Position numbers and translations under genes: made by a program. Shown here one piece after another: positions 53,612-63,695 of a stretch of 64,000 nucleotides of DNA. The notes beneath the pieces were generated by a model, which was given only the letters and a program-made list of their open reading frames with translations, made no database searches and was not told the origin of the DNA. Numbering within the stretch: position 1 is the stretch's first letter; every line of letters begins with the position of its first letter. This DNA is from Escherichia coli (GTDB lineage: Bacteria > Pseudomonadota > Gammaproteobacteria > Enterobacterales > Enterobacteriaceae): assembly GCF_048403405.1 (NCBI RefSeq), contig NZ_CP183129.1; one strand, given 5' to 3'.

Positions 53612-55372
53612 ATGACGCAAACATTTATCCCCGGCAAAGATGCCGCACTGGAAGATTCCATCGCTCGCTTCCAGCAAAAACTTTCAGACCTCGGCTTTCA
53701 GATTGAAGAGGCCTCCTGGCTGAATCCGGTGCCTAACGTCTGGTCTGTACATATTCGCGACAAAGAGTGCGCACTGTGTTTTACCAACGGTAAAGGCGCA
53801 ACCAAAAAAGCGGCGCTGGCTTCTGCACTCGGTGAATATTTCGAGCGTCTCTCAACCAACTACTTTTTTGCTGATTTCTGGCTGGGCGAAACCATCGCCA
53901 ACGGTCCGTTCGTGCATTATCCCAACGAAAAATGGTTCCCACTGAGCGAAAATGACGATGTGCCAGAAGGGCTGCTCGATGACCGTCTGCGCGCATTTTA
54001 CGATCCGGAGAATGAATTGACCGGCAGTATGCTGATTGACCTGCAATCCGGTAACGAAGATCGTGGTATTTGCGGTCTGCCGTTTACGCGCCAGTCCGAC
54101 AATCAGACCGTTTATATTCCGATGAATATCATTGGTAACCTGTACGTTTCTAACGGTATGTCCGCTGGCAATACCCGCAACGAAGCACGCGTTCAGGGGT
54201 TGTCCGAAGTTTTCGAACGCTACGTGAAAAACCGCATTATTGCTGAAAGCATCAGCTTGCCGGAAATCCCGGCAGACGTGCTGGCGCGTTACCCAGCGGT
54301 GGTTGAAGCCATCGAAACGCTGGAAGCAGAAGGTTTCCCAATCTTTGCTTATGATGGTTCGCTTGGCGGCCAGTATCCGGTGATTTGCGTGGTACTGTTT
54401 AATCCTGCTAACGGCACCTGCTTTGCCTCTTTCGGTGCGCATCCTGATTTTGGCGTAGCACTGGAACGTACCGTGACCGAGCTGCTGCAAGGTCGTGGCC
54501 TGAAAGATTTGGATGTGTTTACTCCGCCAACCTTCGATGATGAAGAAGTTGCTGAACATACCAACCTCGAAACGCACTTTATCGATTCCAGCGGTTTAAT
54601 CTCCTGGGACCTGTTCAAGCAGGATGCCGATTATCCGTTTGTGGACTGGAATTTCTCCGGCACCACGGAGGAAGAGTTTGCTACGCTGATGGCTATCTTC
54701 AACAAAGAAGATAAAGAAGTTTATATTGCCGATTACGAGCATCTGGGCGTTTATGCTTGCCGAATTATCGTGCCTGGCATGTCCGATATTTATCCGGCTG
54801 AAGATCTGTTGCTGGCGAATAACAGTATGGGCAGCCATTTACGTGAAACGATTCTTTCGTTACCAGGCAGCGAGTGGGAAAAAGAAGATTACCTGAACCT
54901 CATCGAGCAACTGGATGAAGAAGGTTTTGATGACTTTACCCGCGTGCGTGAGCTGTTGGGTCTGGCGACCGGGTCGGATAACGGTTGGTACACCCTGCGT
55001 ATCGGTGAATTAAAAGCCATGCTGGCGCTGGCTGGTGGCGATCTGGAACAGGCTCTGGTCTGGACCGAATGGACGATGGAGTTTAACTCATCAGTATTTA
55101 GTCCGGAACGCGCCAACTATTATCGCTGCCTGCAAACGTTGTTATTACTGGCGCAGGAAGAAGATCGCCAGCCGCTGCAATATTTGAATGCGTTTGTTCG
55201 CATGTACGGCGCAGATGCCGTGGAAGCCGCCAGTGCGGCAATGAGCGGCGAAGCGGCGTTTTATGGCTTGCAACCAGTAGATAGCGATCTGCACGCGTTT
55301 GCAGCACATCAGTCGTTGTTGAAGGCCTACGAAAAGCTGCAGCGCGCCAAAGCAGCATTCTGGGCAAAATAA
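53612..55372 (+). CDS. ycaO: YcaO-domain protein (ribosomal protein S12 methylthiolation accessory factor)
   Basis: 586 aa from MTQTFIPGKDAALEDSIARFQQKL; internal Met of track ORF 53579..55372. Confidence 0.92.
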   Translation: MTQTFIPGKDAALEDSIARFQQKLSDLGFQIEEASWLNPVPNVWSVHIRDKECALCFTNGKGATKKAALASALGEYFERLSTNYFFADFWLGETIANGPFVHYPNEKWFPLSENDDVPEGLLDDRLRAFYDPENELTGSMLIDLQSGNEDRGICGLPFTRQSDNQTVYIPMNIIGNLYVSNGMSAGNTRNEARVQGLSEVFERYVKNRIIAESISLPEIPADVLARYPAVVEAIETLEAEGFPIFAYDGSLGGQYPVICVVLFNPANGTCFASFGAHPDFGVALERTVTELLQGRGLKDLDVFTPPTFDDEEVAEHTNLETHFIDSSGLISWDLFKQDADYPFVDWNFSGTTEEEFATLMAIFNKEDKEVYIADYEHLGVYACRIIVPGMSDIYPAEDLLLANNSMGSHLRETILSLPGSEWEKEDYLNLIEQLDEEGFDDFTRVRELLGLATGSDNGWYTLRIGELKAMLALAGGDLEQALVWTEWTMEFNSSVFSPERANYYRCLQTLLLLAQEEDRQPLQYLNAFVRMYGADAVEAASAAMSGEAAFYGLQPVDSDLHAFAAHQSLLKAYEKLQRAKAAFWAK

Positions 55373-55703
55373 AATCAAATAGCCTACGCAATGTAGGCTT
55401 AATGATTCGTCTGAGTTATATTACGGGGCGTTTTTTTAATGCCCCGCTTTACATATATTTGCATTAATAAAATAATTGTAATTATAAAGTTAAATGTCGG
55501 TAATTTGTATTTAATAAATACGATCGATATTGTTACTTCATTCGCCTGGTGCTCCCTTTTAATTAACTGTTTTAGCGGAGGATGCGGAAAAAATTCAACT
55601 CATTTGTTAATTTTTAAAATTTATTTTTATTTGGATAATCAAATATTTACTCCGTATTTGCATAAAAGCCATGCGAATTACGGGCCTATAAGCCAGGCGA
55701 GAT

Positions 55704-55717
55704 ATGATCTATATCAA
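55704..55717. promoter_or_regulatory. Candidate FNR box in the focA-pflB promoter region
   Basis: ATGAT-ctat-ATCAA (9/10 to TTGAT-N4-ATCAA), centred about 30 bp upstream of a TAGTAT -10-like hexamer at 55741-55746 and about 65 bp upstream of the focA GTG. Confidence 0.5.
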
Positions 55718-55777
55718 TTTCTCATCTATAATGCTTTGTTAGTATCTCGTCGCCGACTTAATAAAGAGAGAGTTAGT

Positions 55778-56635
55778 GTGAAAGCTGACAACCCTTTTGA
55801 TCTTTTACTTCCTGCAGCAATGGCCAAAGTGGCCGAAGAGGCAGGTGTCTATAAAGCAACGAAACATCCGCTTAAGACTTTCTATCTGGCGATTACCGCC
55901 GGTGTTTTCATCTCAATCGCATTCGTCTTCTATATCACAGCAACCACTGGCACAGGAACAATGCCCTTCGGCATGGCAAAACTGGTTGGCGGCATTTGCT
56001 TCTCTCTGGGGCTGATTCTTTGTGTTGTCTGCGGAGCCGATCTCTTTACTTCCACAGTGTTGATTGTTGTTGCTAAGGCGAGTGGGCGAATCACCTGGGG
56101 TCAGTTGGCGAAAAACTGGCTAAATGTCTATTTTGGCAACCTGGTCGGCGCACTGCTGTTTGTACTTTTAATGTGGCTTTCCGGCGAGTATATGACCGCG
56201 AATGGTCAATGGGGACTAAACGTCCTACAAACCGCCGACCACAAAGTGCACCATACTTTTATTGAGGCCGTCTGCCTTGGTATCCTGGCAAACCTGATGG
56301 TATGTCTGGCAGTATGGATGAGTTATTCTGGCCGCAGCCTGATGGATAAAGCGTTCATTATGGTGCTGCCGGTCGCGATGTTTGTTGCCAGCGGTTTTGA
56401 GCACAGTATCGCAAACATGTTTATGATCCCGATGGGTATTGTAATCCGCGACTTCGCATCTCCGGAGTTCTGGACCGCTGTCGGTTCTGCACCGGAAAAT
56501 TTTTCTCACCTGACCGTGATGAACTTCATCACTGATAACCTGATTCCGGTTACGATCGGTAATATTATCGGCGGTGGTTTGTTGGTTGGGTTGACATACT
56601 GGGTCATTTACCTGCGTGAAAACGATCACCATTAA
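55778..56635 (+). CDS. focA: Formate channel FocA
   Basis: 285 aa from GTG (V/MKADNPFDLLLPAAMAKVAEEAGVYKATK...); track ORF 55439..56635 is an upstream extension into the AT-rich promoter region. Confidence 0.93.
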   Translation: MKADNPFDLLLPAAMAKVAEEAGVYKATKHPLKTFYLAITAGVFISIAFVFYITATTGTGTMPFGMAKLVGGICFSLGLILCVVCGADLFTSTVLIVVAKASGRITWGQLAKNWLNVYFGNLVGALLFVLLMWLSGEYMTANGQWGLNVLQTADHKVHHTFIEAVCLGILANLMVCLAVWMSYSGRSLMDKAFIMVLPVAMFVASGFEHSIANMFMIPMGIVIRDFASPEFWTAVGSAPENFSHLTVMNFITDNLIPVTIGNIIGGGLLVGLTYWVIYLRENDHH

Positions 56636-56689
56636 TGGTTGTCGAAGTACGCAGTAAATAAAAAATCCACTTAAGAAGGTAGGTGTTAC

Positions 56690-58972
56690 ATGTCCGAGCT
56701 TAATGAAAAGTTAGCCACAGCCTGGGAAGGTTTTACCAAAGGTGACTGGCAGAATGAAGTAAACGTCCGTGACTTCATTCAGAAAAACTACACTCCGTAC
56801 GAGGGTGACGAGTCCTTCCTGGCTGGCGCTACTGAAGCGACCACCACCCTGTGGGACAAAGTAATGGAAGGCGTTAAACTGGAAAACCGCACTCACGCGC
56901 CAGTTGACTTTGACACCGCTGTTGCTTCCACCATCACCTCTCACGACGCTGGCTACATCAACAAAGCGTTGGAAAAAGTTGTTGGTCTGCAGACTGAAGC
57001 TCCGCTGAAACGTGCTCTTATCCCGTTCGGTGGTATCAAAATGATCGAAGGTTCCTGCAAAGCGTACAACCGCGAACTGGACCCGATGATCAAAAAAATC
57101 TTCACTGAATACCGTAAAACTCACAACCAGGGCGTGTTCGACGTTTACACTCCGGACATCCTGCGTTGCCGTAAATCCGGTGTTCTGACCGGTCTGCCAG
57201 ATGCTTATGGCCGTGGTCGTATCATCGGTGACTACCGTCGCGTTGCGCTGTACGGTATCGACTACCTGATGAAAGATAAACTTGCACAGTTCACCTCTCT
57301 GCAGGCTGATCTGGAAAACGGCGTAAACCTGGAACAGACTATCCGTCTGCGCGAAGAAATCGCTGAACAGCACCGCGCTCTGGGTCAGATGAAAGAAATG
57401 GCTGCGAAATACGGCTACGACATCTCTGGTCCGGCTACCAACGCTCAGGAAGCTATCCAGTGGACTTACTTCGGCTACCTGGCTGCTGTTAAGTCTCAGA
57501 ACGGTGCTGCAATGTCCTTCGGTCGTACCTCCACCTTCCTGGATGTGTACATCGAACGTGACCTGAAAGCTGGCAAGATCACCGAACAAGAAGCGCAGGA
57601 AATGGTTGACCACCTGGTCATGAAACTGCGTATGGTTCGCTTCCTGCGTACTCCGGAATACGATGAACTGTTCTCTGGCGACCCGATCTGGGCAACCGAA
57701 TCTATCGGTGGTATGGGCCTCGACGGTCGTACCCTGGTTACCAAAAACAGCTTCCGTTTCCTGAACACCCTGTACACCATGGGTCCGTCTCCGGAACCGA
57801 ACATGACCATTCTGTGGTCCGAAAAACTGCCGCTGAACTTCAAGAAATTCGCTGCTAAAGTGTCCATCGACACCTCTTCTCTGCAGTATGAGAACGATGA
57901 CCTGATGCGTCCGGACTTCAACAACGATGACTACGCTATCGCTTGCTGCGTAAGCCCGATGATCGTTGGTAAACAAATGCAGTTCTTCGGTGCGCGTGCA
58001 AACCTGGCGAAAACCATGCTGTACGCAATCAACGGTGGCGTTGACGAAAAACTGAAAATGCAGGTTGGTCCGAAGTCTGAGCCGATCAAAGGCGATCTCC
58101 TGAACTACGATGAAGTGATGGAGCGCATGGATCACTTCATGGACTGGCTGGCTAAACAGTACATCACTGCACTGAACATCATCCACTACATGCACGACAA
58201 GTACAGCTACGAAGCCTCTCTGATGGCGCTGCACGACCGTGACGTTATCCGCACCATGGCGTGTGGTATCGCTGGTCTGTCCGTTGCTGCTGACTCCCTG
58301 TCTGCAATCAAATATGCGAAAGTTAAACCGATTCGTGACGAAGACGGTCTGGCTATCGACTTCGAAATCGAAGGCGAATACCCGCAGTTTGGTAACAACG
58401 ATCCGCGTGTAGATGACCTGGCTGTTGACCTGGTAGAACGTTTCATGAAGAAAATTCAGAAACTGCACACCTACCGTGACGCTATCCCGACTCAGTCTGT
58501 TCTGACCATCACTTCTAACGTTGTGTATGGTAAGAAAACTGGTAACACCCCAGACGGTCGTCGTGCTGGCGCGCCGTTCGGACCGGGTGCTAACCCGATG
58601 CACGGTCGTGACCAGAAAGGTGCAGTAGCCTCTCTGACTTCCGTTGCTAAACTGCCGTTTGCTTACGCTAAAGATGGTATCTCCTACACCTTCTCTATCG
58701 TTCCGAACGCACTGGGTAAAGACGACGAAGTTCGTAAGACCAACCTGGCTGGTCTGATGGATGGTTACTTCCACCACGAAGCATCCATCGAAGGTGGTCA
58801 GCACCTGAACGTTAACGTGATGAACCGTGAAATGCTGCTCGACGCGATGGAAAACCCGGAAAAATATCCGCAGCTGACCATCCGTGTATCTGGCTACGCA
58901 GTACGTTTCAACTCGCTGACTAAAGAACAGCAGCAGGACGTTATTACTCGTACCTTCACTCAATCTATGTAA
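56690..58972 (+). CDS. pflB: Pyruvate formate-lyase (formate C-acetyltransferase 1)
   Basis: 760 aa; active-site ACCVSPM and C-terminal glycyl-radical motif RVSGYAVRF. Confidence 0.97.
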   Translation: MSELNEKLATAWEGFTKGDWQNEVNVRDFIQKNYTPYEGDESFLAGATEATTTLWDKVMEGVKLENRTHAPVDFDTAVASTITSHDAGYINKALEKVVGLQTEAPLKRALIPFGGIKMIEGSCKAYNRELDPMIKKIFTEYRKTHNQGVFDVYTPDILRCRKSGVLTGLPDAYGRGRIIGDYRRVALYGIDYLMKDKLAQFTSLQADLENGVNLEQTIRLREEIAEQHRALGQMKEMAAKYGYDISGPATNAQEAIQWTYFGYLAAVKSQNGAAMSFGRTSTFLDVYIERDLKAGKITEQEAQEMVDHLVMKLRMVRFLRTPEYDELFSGDPIWATESIGGMGLDGRTLVTKNSFRFLNTLYTMGPSPEPNMTILWSEKLPLNFKKFAAKVSIDTSSLQYENDDLMRPDFNNDDYAIACCVSPMIVGKQMQFFGARANLAKTMLYAINGGVDEKLKMQVGPKSEPIKGDLLNYDEVMERMDHFMDWLAKQYITALNIIHYMHDKYSYEASLMALHDRDVIRTMACGIAGLSVAADSLSAIKYAKVKPIRDEDGLAIDFEIEGEYPQFGNNDPRVDDLAVDLVERFMKKIQKLHTYRDAIPTQSVLTITSNVVYGKKTGNTPDGRRAGAPFGPGANPMHGRDQKGAVASLTSVAKLPFAYAKDGISYTFSIVPNALGKDDEVRKTNLAGLMDGYFHHEASIEGGQHLNVNVMNREMLLDAMENPEKYPQLTIRVSGYAVRFNSLTKEQQQDVITRTFTQSM

Positions 58973-59010
58973 TTAGATTTGACTGAAATCGTACAGTAAA
59001 AAGCGTACAA

Positions 59011-59041
59011 TAAAGGCTCCACGAAAGTGGGGCCTTTTTTA
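59011..59041 (+). terminator. pflB rho-independent terminator
   Basis: AGGCTCCAC-gaaa-GTGGGGCCT hairpin followed by TTTTTT; a second GAGAGCCTTTTTTG element follows at 59046-59059. Confidence 0.7.
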
Positions 59042-59163
59042 GCACGAGAGCCTTTTTTGTCAGCTATCTATACTTTAAGGTGACTGCCAAAACAGACTCG
59101 ACGTAGCCTTCGAGCTGCGCACCAACACGGCCTCAGATGGGCCACATCTGGAGAAACACCGCA

Positions 59164-59190
59164 ATGTCAGTTATTGGTGACATTTTTTGA
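59164..59190 (+). pseudogene. pflA: 5' remnant of pflA (PFL-activating enzyme) truncated at a prophage junction
   Basis: ATG TCA GTT ATT GGT (MSVIG, the pflA N-terminus as I recall it) sits at the expected position after the pflB terminator with its RBS (GGAGAAACACCGCA), then reads GAC ATT TTT TGA (stop) and continues into phage DNA. Confidence 0.65.
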
Positions 59191-59251
59191 TATCTAATTA
59201 CATGAAATAAAAGGATTTATTTCTTGTCACGTCCACACATTGACCACATCG

Positions 59252-59278
59252 ACAAAAAAGCCCCTCGACTGAGGGGCT
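59252..59278 (-). terminator. ogr rho-independent terminator
   Basis: Minus strand reads GCCCCTC-agtc-GAGGGGC then TTTTTTG, about 10 nt after the ogr stop. Confidence 0.7.
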
Positions 59279-59290
59279 TTCTGTTTGTAA

Positions 59291-59509
59291 TTACATCCAC
59301 ATAATTTGCTGTCCTGATGGCAACGGGTGCGGCCTTACGGCGTGGACTTCTCCCGGCTTCACGATGTATCGCTGTACCGACTCATAAGTGATGAACGTGG
59401 CGCTGCAATTCACGTTCTGGCACTGATGATAACGCTCTTTTGTCGTGTCAGTGATATAGCGACTTGTACGCGCATGTGCGGCATGCTGGCATAAAGGACA
59501 ATGAAACAT
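59291..59509 (-). CDS. ogr: P2 Ogr-type zinc-finger late-gene transcription activator
   Basis: 72 aa MFHCPLCQHAAHARTSRYITDTTKERYHQCQNVNCSATF... with a C-X2-C...C-X4-C zinc finger; internal Met of track ORF 59291..59572. Confidence 0.9.
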   Translation of the reverse strand: MFHCPLCQHAAHARTSRYITDTTKERYHQCQNVNCSATFITYESVQRYIVKPGEVHAVRPHPLPSGQQIMWM

Positions 59510-59590
59510 CGCGAGCACCTCTTCCGGTTTTGTTGATGGTGCCATTTTAGTTAATTTATCCTTACAAAACAAACAGATAAAACAAAAACA

Positions 59591-60754
59591 TCACTCATCA
59601 TCTTCTGTTTCGTACTCCACATCAGAAAGCCTGACCTCAAGCTCTAAGGACGTCGTGAAGCCGCTATTATTCAGAAAATGTGTCACCTTAGTGATTGTCC
59701 AGTCCTGCTCGTCTATGACGCGCTTAAAGCCAGACACTTTGACCGGTGTTTCCGTGTAAATATCTGCCCGACCGGTAGCCAGGCTGATGGAGAACTCCGC
59801 AACGCCCCGTTGCAGTTTATCCCACTTCGCCTGAGCGGCGCGCATGGCCTGCGCTTTCGTGGCATATACCGTGGTCAGGGCAAAAACGTTGTCAGCCTCA
59901 CCGGCCATGTATTCACCTTCACGCGCTTCCGGTACTTTAGGCGCTTTCTTCTGCCTGACCGGTTTCGCTTTCGGGTGCTCCAGTGCGCGCAGGTGTTTCT
60001 CTTTCTTTTTGCGTTTCAGTTTTACCTTCTGCTTTTGAGGCTTCGGGTCTTTGGTGTGTAGCCATTTTGCCGTTACACCGGTGTAGGCTCCACGGTCAGC
60101 AATCGCAAAATGATGGCGGTCGCCGTCGCTGCGGGTTATGGTGACCTGCGGGATTTTTTTACCGCTGGCCGTCACTCCCTGCCCCGCTTTGAGAAACAAC
60201 AGTTTTCCCATTTTTACCGACACCTCCCCGCCGTTGCGTTCAGCAAGGCGGGTCAGGAATTTTGCATCAGACTCCTGCGACTGGTCGATGTGCGGGATTT
60301 TAATTCCGGCCAGTGACGGCGCGACACTGGCTTCCAGCCTGTTACGGGAGGCTATCACCTCAACAATCGCACCGAGCGTGGTGTCATGCCAGGAGCCTTC
60401 ACTGCGGGAATTGAGCGTCCCGCGAAAATCTGCACTCCGGGCGCGGATGGTAACCACATCCGGCGCGCCCCGGTGTTCAACCTCATCAACGGTAAATTTC
60501 CCTTTGCATACCAGGGCAAAACCTTTCCAGCCGATATACACCGTCAGGACAGCGCCACGAACCGGCAGCCCGACCTGCCCGTCGGCATCGTTCAGTTCAA
60601 TATCAAGCTGGTCAGCCTCAAAGCCCCGGTTATCCGTCAGGGTCATGCTCATCAGACGGTCGCTGATATTGCCGGTAATATCCCTGCTGTCGAGCATCAG
60701 CATGTAATCCGGCGTCAGCGTACTGCCTGCATCAAATGTCAGCGCATCCAGCAT
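59591..60754 (-). CDS. D: P2 gpD-type tail protein
   Basis: 387 aa; position between U and ogr and length as in P2; lysine-rich central segment. Confidence 0.85.
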   Translation of the reverse strand: MLDALTFDAGSTLTPDYMLMLDSRDITGNISDRLMSMTLTDNRGFEADQLDIELNDADGQVGLPVRGAVLTVYIGWKGFALVCKGKFTVDEVEHRGAPDVVTIRARSADFRGTLNSRSEGSWHDTTLGAIVEVIASRNRLEASVAPSLAGIKIPHIDQSQESDAKFLTRLAERNGGEVSVKMGKLLFLKAGQGVTASGKKIPQVTITRSDGDRHHFAIADRGAYTGVTAKWLHTKDPKPQKQKVKLKRKKKEKHLRALEHPKAKPVRQKKAPKVPEAREGEYMAGEADNVFALTTVYATKAQAMRAAQAKWDKLQRGVAEFSISLATGRADIYTETPVKVSGFKRVIDEQDWTITKVTHFLNNSGFTTSLELEVRLSDVEYETEDDE

Positions 60755-61233
60755 TATCCCGCCCCCGTCATACCCGTGAATCTGGTCGCCATACTGCCAG
60801 CCTTACCGATGAGCGATTCCGCCTGTTTACCGATATCGCCATAAAGCGCGGCCAGTGATTCATCAACGCGGGTGAGCGACAGCGTAAAATCAATTTTCCG
60901 GGGTGTGCCGTCTGCAAAGAAAATACTCCCTGTTTCACTCACCCTGCTGATGACATACATGCCGTAAATCATGCCGGTGCCATCCAGCAACGGCCACGCC
61001 CGACCTTCCTCTGCCATCAGCCTGAGCGTGGTCATCGTCAGCTTTCCGCCTGTCAGTTCGGGATAAAGCACACCGGCAAGCGTAATGTTTTCCTCACCCA
61101 CACCGAGAAACTGAAAGGCATCCCGTTTACCGATACGGGAATTTGACGGCCAGCGATAATCTGATTCACGCTGCATGGTCTGGTGTGGCAGCGTCTGGCG
61201 CATAAAAACAAACATACCTAACGCGAGCATCAT
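60754..61233 (-). CDS. U: P2 gpU-type tail protein
   Basis: 159 aa; 1-nt overlap with D; between T and D as in P2. Confidence 0.85.
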   Translation of the reverse strand: MMLALGMFVFMRQTLPHQTMQRESDYRWPSNSRIGKRDAFQFLGVGEENITLAGVLYPELTGGKLTMTTLRLMAEEGRAWPLLDGTGMIYGMYVISRVSETGSIFFADGTPRKIDFTLSLTRVDESLAALYGDIGKQAESLIGKAGSMATRFTGMTGAG

Positions 61234-61247
61234 TTTTCGTCACCTCC

Positions 61248-63695
61248 TTAACCGTCATGCATCATGCTGGCACGGGCGCGCGCACGTTTATCCCGCTCGT
61301 ATTTTTCGAGCGCATCCTGTAACTGGCGGTCGAGCTGAGTCCCCGGTGCAGTACCGCCCGTCAGACTGATGTGATATTCGTTTTTACTCTGGTCCACATA
61401 AGAGCGGCCAGCCGGTGCCGTAACCGGCTGATAAGCCTGATAGCCTGCATAAGAGCTGGTCGCCGGAATATAACCACCGCTGCCATACGTGGCGGCTTGA
61501 GTTCTGGCGGCGGTCTGGTCAAGTGCGTCAGACTCTTTGTTGATGACCCCGAGCTTTTCCAGTACCCAGTCAATACCGCTGCGCAGTTTGTTGAACGCAT
61601 TAAGCGGCAGCATCAGCGCGTCAGCCAGTGCCTGCCCGAACATGACGCCCGTGTCACGGCAACGATTCAGGGTGTCCTGGGTGGCTTTAACCGGGGCAAT
61701 CAGGTTTTTAAACCACTGCCACGCGGCCTGTAACTTTTCGCCCAGCCAGTCAAACACCGGTTTCAGTGGCGTGAACAGCTCCCCCACCGGCGCAAATGCC
61801 GCTTTCAGCCCTTCAACCACACCGCCAAAGAATGCGCTGACAGGCTCCCAGTATTTACGGATAAGCAACGCCCCGGCGACAATGGCAGCCACCACGGCCA
61901 CAACCGGCCAGCTAATCGCCCCGATGGCCGTCATAATGGCACTACCAACCGTCGTGAAGATTGCACCCATTGCGCCTGCTGCCGCGATGATGGCATTGAT
62001 GCCGGTGATAACCGGCCAGGCTACGAGGCCAATGGCACCGATGACACCAGTCAGCGCCAGTGCACCACCGACAATGATGCCGATGGTTGACGCCAGTGAT
62101 TTGTTTTTCTGTATCCAGCCGTCGAGTTTTAACACATACTTTGTGGCCGTCTGCGTGAGCTTACGCAGCGCGCCTTCCTGCTGGTCAAACAGGTCAGTCC
62201 CCACCGCCTCATAAGCGGACTGAAACTCCTTAAAGTCACCGCCGAGGTTGTCCTGCATGATATTTACCAGCTCCGCGGTCTTCCCGTCTGAGGCTTTAAA
62301 CGCAGCGGTCAGTTTGTCCAGCTTTCCGGTTGAGGCGGCAGTCATCAGCACGGCGGCGGCTGAGCTGGCCTCCTCCCCGAAAATGGTTTTCATGTATTCA
62401 GCCTGCTGGGCAGTACCGAGCCGGTTTTTCTCAAAACTGGCCTGCATTTCTTTCAGAATTGTAAATACTGGTCGGGTGTTTCCCTTGCTATCTGAGGTTT
62501 TCACTCCAAGCTCTTTGAGTGCATCCCATGCTTTTCCCGTCGGTGCCTGCAGGCGACTTAACACGGCACGGCTTCCCGTCCCCGCCATTGAACCGGTAAT
62601 TTTTGCATCATGCAGCGCCCCGACCATTGCGGCGGTTTCTTCAATGCTGACACCGGCATTTTTTGCCACAGGTGCGGCATAGGTCAGCGCATCGCTCATA
62701 CCGTCAAAATCGGCGGCGGTTTTGTTCATCGTCATGGAGAGAACATCCCCGATATGAGCGACCTTATCGTTTGAAAGCTGAAAGGCGGATTTCATCCCCA
62801 TCAGCAGGGCGGCGTTTTCTTCCATCGTGCGACGGTTCGCCAGCGCCATATTCAGCGTGACCGGCGTTGCCGCCTGAATGGCATCAACATCCCCACCGGC
62901 TTTCGCAATAATAATCTGAGCACCGGCTGCATCATCTGCCGAGGCTGCGGTATTGTCGCCGAGCTGGCGCGCCTGCTTGCGGAGCGCGGCCATTTCGGCG
63001 GAGTCTTTTGCCACACCGAGCACGGCCTGCAATTCTGAGTTTTTCTGCGCAAACTCATAACCGGGCATCAGCAACTTAACTCCGGCCATCGTTCCCGCAG
63101 CAGCAATCCCCACACCGGCAGCGCCCACTGAGGCCATATTTCCGGCCAGTTCCTTTCCGGCCTGATAACGCTGTTTGACTGCGTTAAGTTTTGCCTGTTG
63201 CGCACTGACACGCGCCAGCGCGTCACGCTGCCGGTTAAGCTGGGCGGTGGTTTCACTGATACGGTTTTTCAGTCCCTGCTCATCATGTGCAAGATTGCGG
63301 GTATTAATTCCCACAACGGCCAGTTCCCGCTGCTGGCGTTTAACGGAATCCGTCAGGCGGTAATATTTCGCCTGTAAGTCCTCCGCCGCACGCTTCGCGG
63401 ATTCCAGCACTTTCGCCTTAGCACGTGTCGGACGTTCGGTGTTTTTAAACTGTGTTGCAAGGGCTTCGGCCTCCTGCCGTGCCTTTTCAAGTGCATGACC
63501 AGTCACGGCGAGCTGTGCACTGGTCTTGCGAAATCCCTCAATACGGGATGCGTGACCGTTCAGCTCGCGCAGTGATTTTTGTGTTTCCCGGATATCCCCC
63601 GACAGCGATTTGCTCGCTGTGCGGATGGATTTAAACGGGCGGGATGCCTGGTCAACAGCCCTGAGCAATACCTGTAATTTTACATTGTTACTCAT
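61248..63695 (-). CDS. T: P2 gpT-type tail tape measure protein
   Basis: 815 aa; N-terminal coiled-coil-rich region, central Ala/Gly-rich hydrophobic segments; start ATG overlaps the E' stop (ATGAGTAA). Confidence 0.88.
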   Translation of the reverse strand: MSNNVKLQVLLRAVDQASRPFKSIRTASKSLSGDIRETQKSLRELNGHASRIEGFRKTSAQLAVTGHALEKARQEAEALATQFKNTERPTRAKAKVLESAKRAAEDLQAKYYRLTDSVKRQQRELAVVGINTRNLAHDEQGLKNRISETTAQLNRQRDALARVSAQQAKLNAVKQRYQAGKELAGNMASVGAAGVGIAAAGTMAGVKLLMPGYEFAQKNSELQAVLGVAKDSAEMAALRKQARQLGDNTAASADDAAGAQIIIAKAGGDVDAIQAATPVTLNMALANRRTMEENAALLMGMKSAFQLSNDKVAHIGDVLSMTMNKTAADFDGMSDALTYAAPVAKNAGVSIEETAAMVGALHDAKITGSMAGTGSRAVLSRLQAPTGKAWDALKELGVKTSDSKGNTRPVFTILKEMQASFEKNRLGTAQQAEYMKTIFGEEASSAAAVLMTAASTGKLDKLTAAFKASDGKTAELVNIMQDNLGGDFKEFQSAYEAVGTDLFDQQEGALRKLTQTATKYVLKLDGWIQKNKSLASTIGIIVGGALALTGVIGAIGLVAWPVITGINAIIAAAGAMGAIFTTVGSAIMTAIGAISWPVVAVVAAIVAGALLIRKYWEPVSAFFGGVVEGLKAAFAPVGELFTPLKPVFDWLGEKLQAAWQWFKNLIAPVKATQDTLNRCRDTGVMFGQALADALMLPLNAFNKLRSGIDWVLEKLGVINKESDALDQTAARTQAATYGSGGYIPATSSYAGYQAYQPVTAPAGRSYVDQSKNEYHISLTGGTAPGTQLDRQLQDALEKYERDKRARARASMMHDG

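Noticed and set aside
55381-55450. Two hairpins downstream of ycaO considered as REP elements
   Set aside because: They do not match the REP consensus as I recall it; more likely ordinary ycaO 3' structures, the second (CGGGGCG...GCCCCG with a T-rich loop) being terminator-like at low confidence.
55439-55777. N-terminal extension of focA, and similar upstream extensions in the track for pyrD, zapC, ycbV, elfA, ssuA, pncB, asnS, mepK, mukE, cmoM, ycaI, ycaL, ycaO and ogr
   Set aside because: The extensions run into AT-rich promoter DNA or the preceding gene; internal start codons give the lengths and N-termini I recall for these proteins.
56711-58963. 750 aa minus-strand ORF spanning almost all of pflB
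   Set aside because: Antisense shadow ORF of a highly codon-biased gene; the plus-strand frame carries the PFL active-site and glycyl-radical motifs, and the antisense product has no recognisable domain organisation.
59179-59290. Canonical P2 attP core or a tRNA gene at the prophage junction
   Set aside because: Neither is present; the junction lies in the pflA 5' end and only an AAAAAAT-containing stretch resembles the start of the P2 core. The core cannot be delimited without the other junction.
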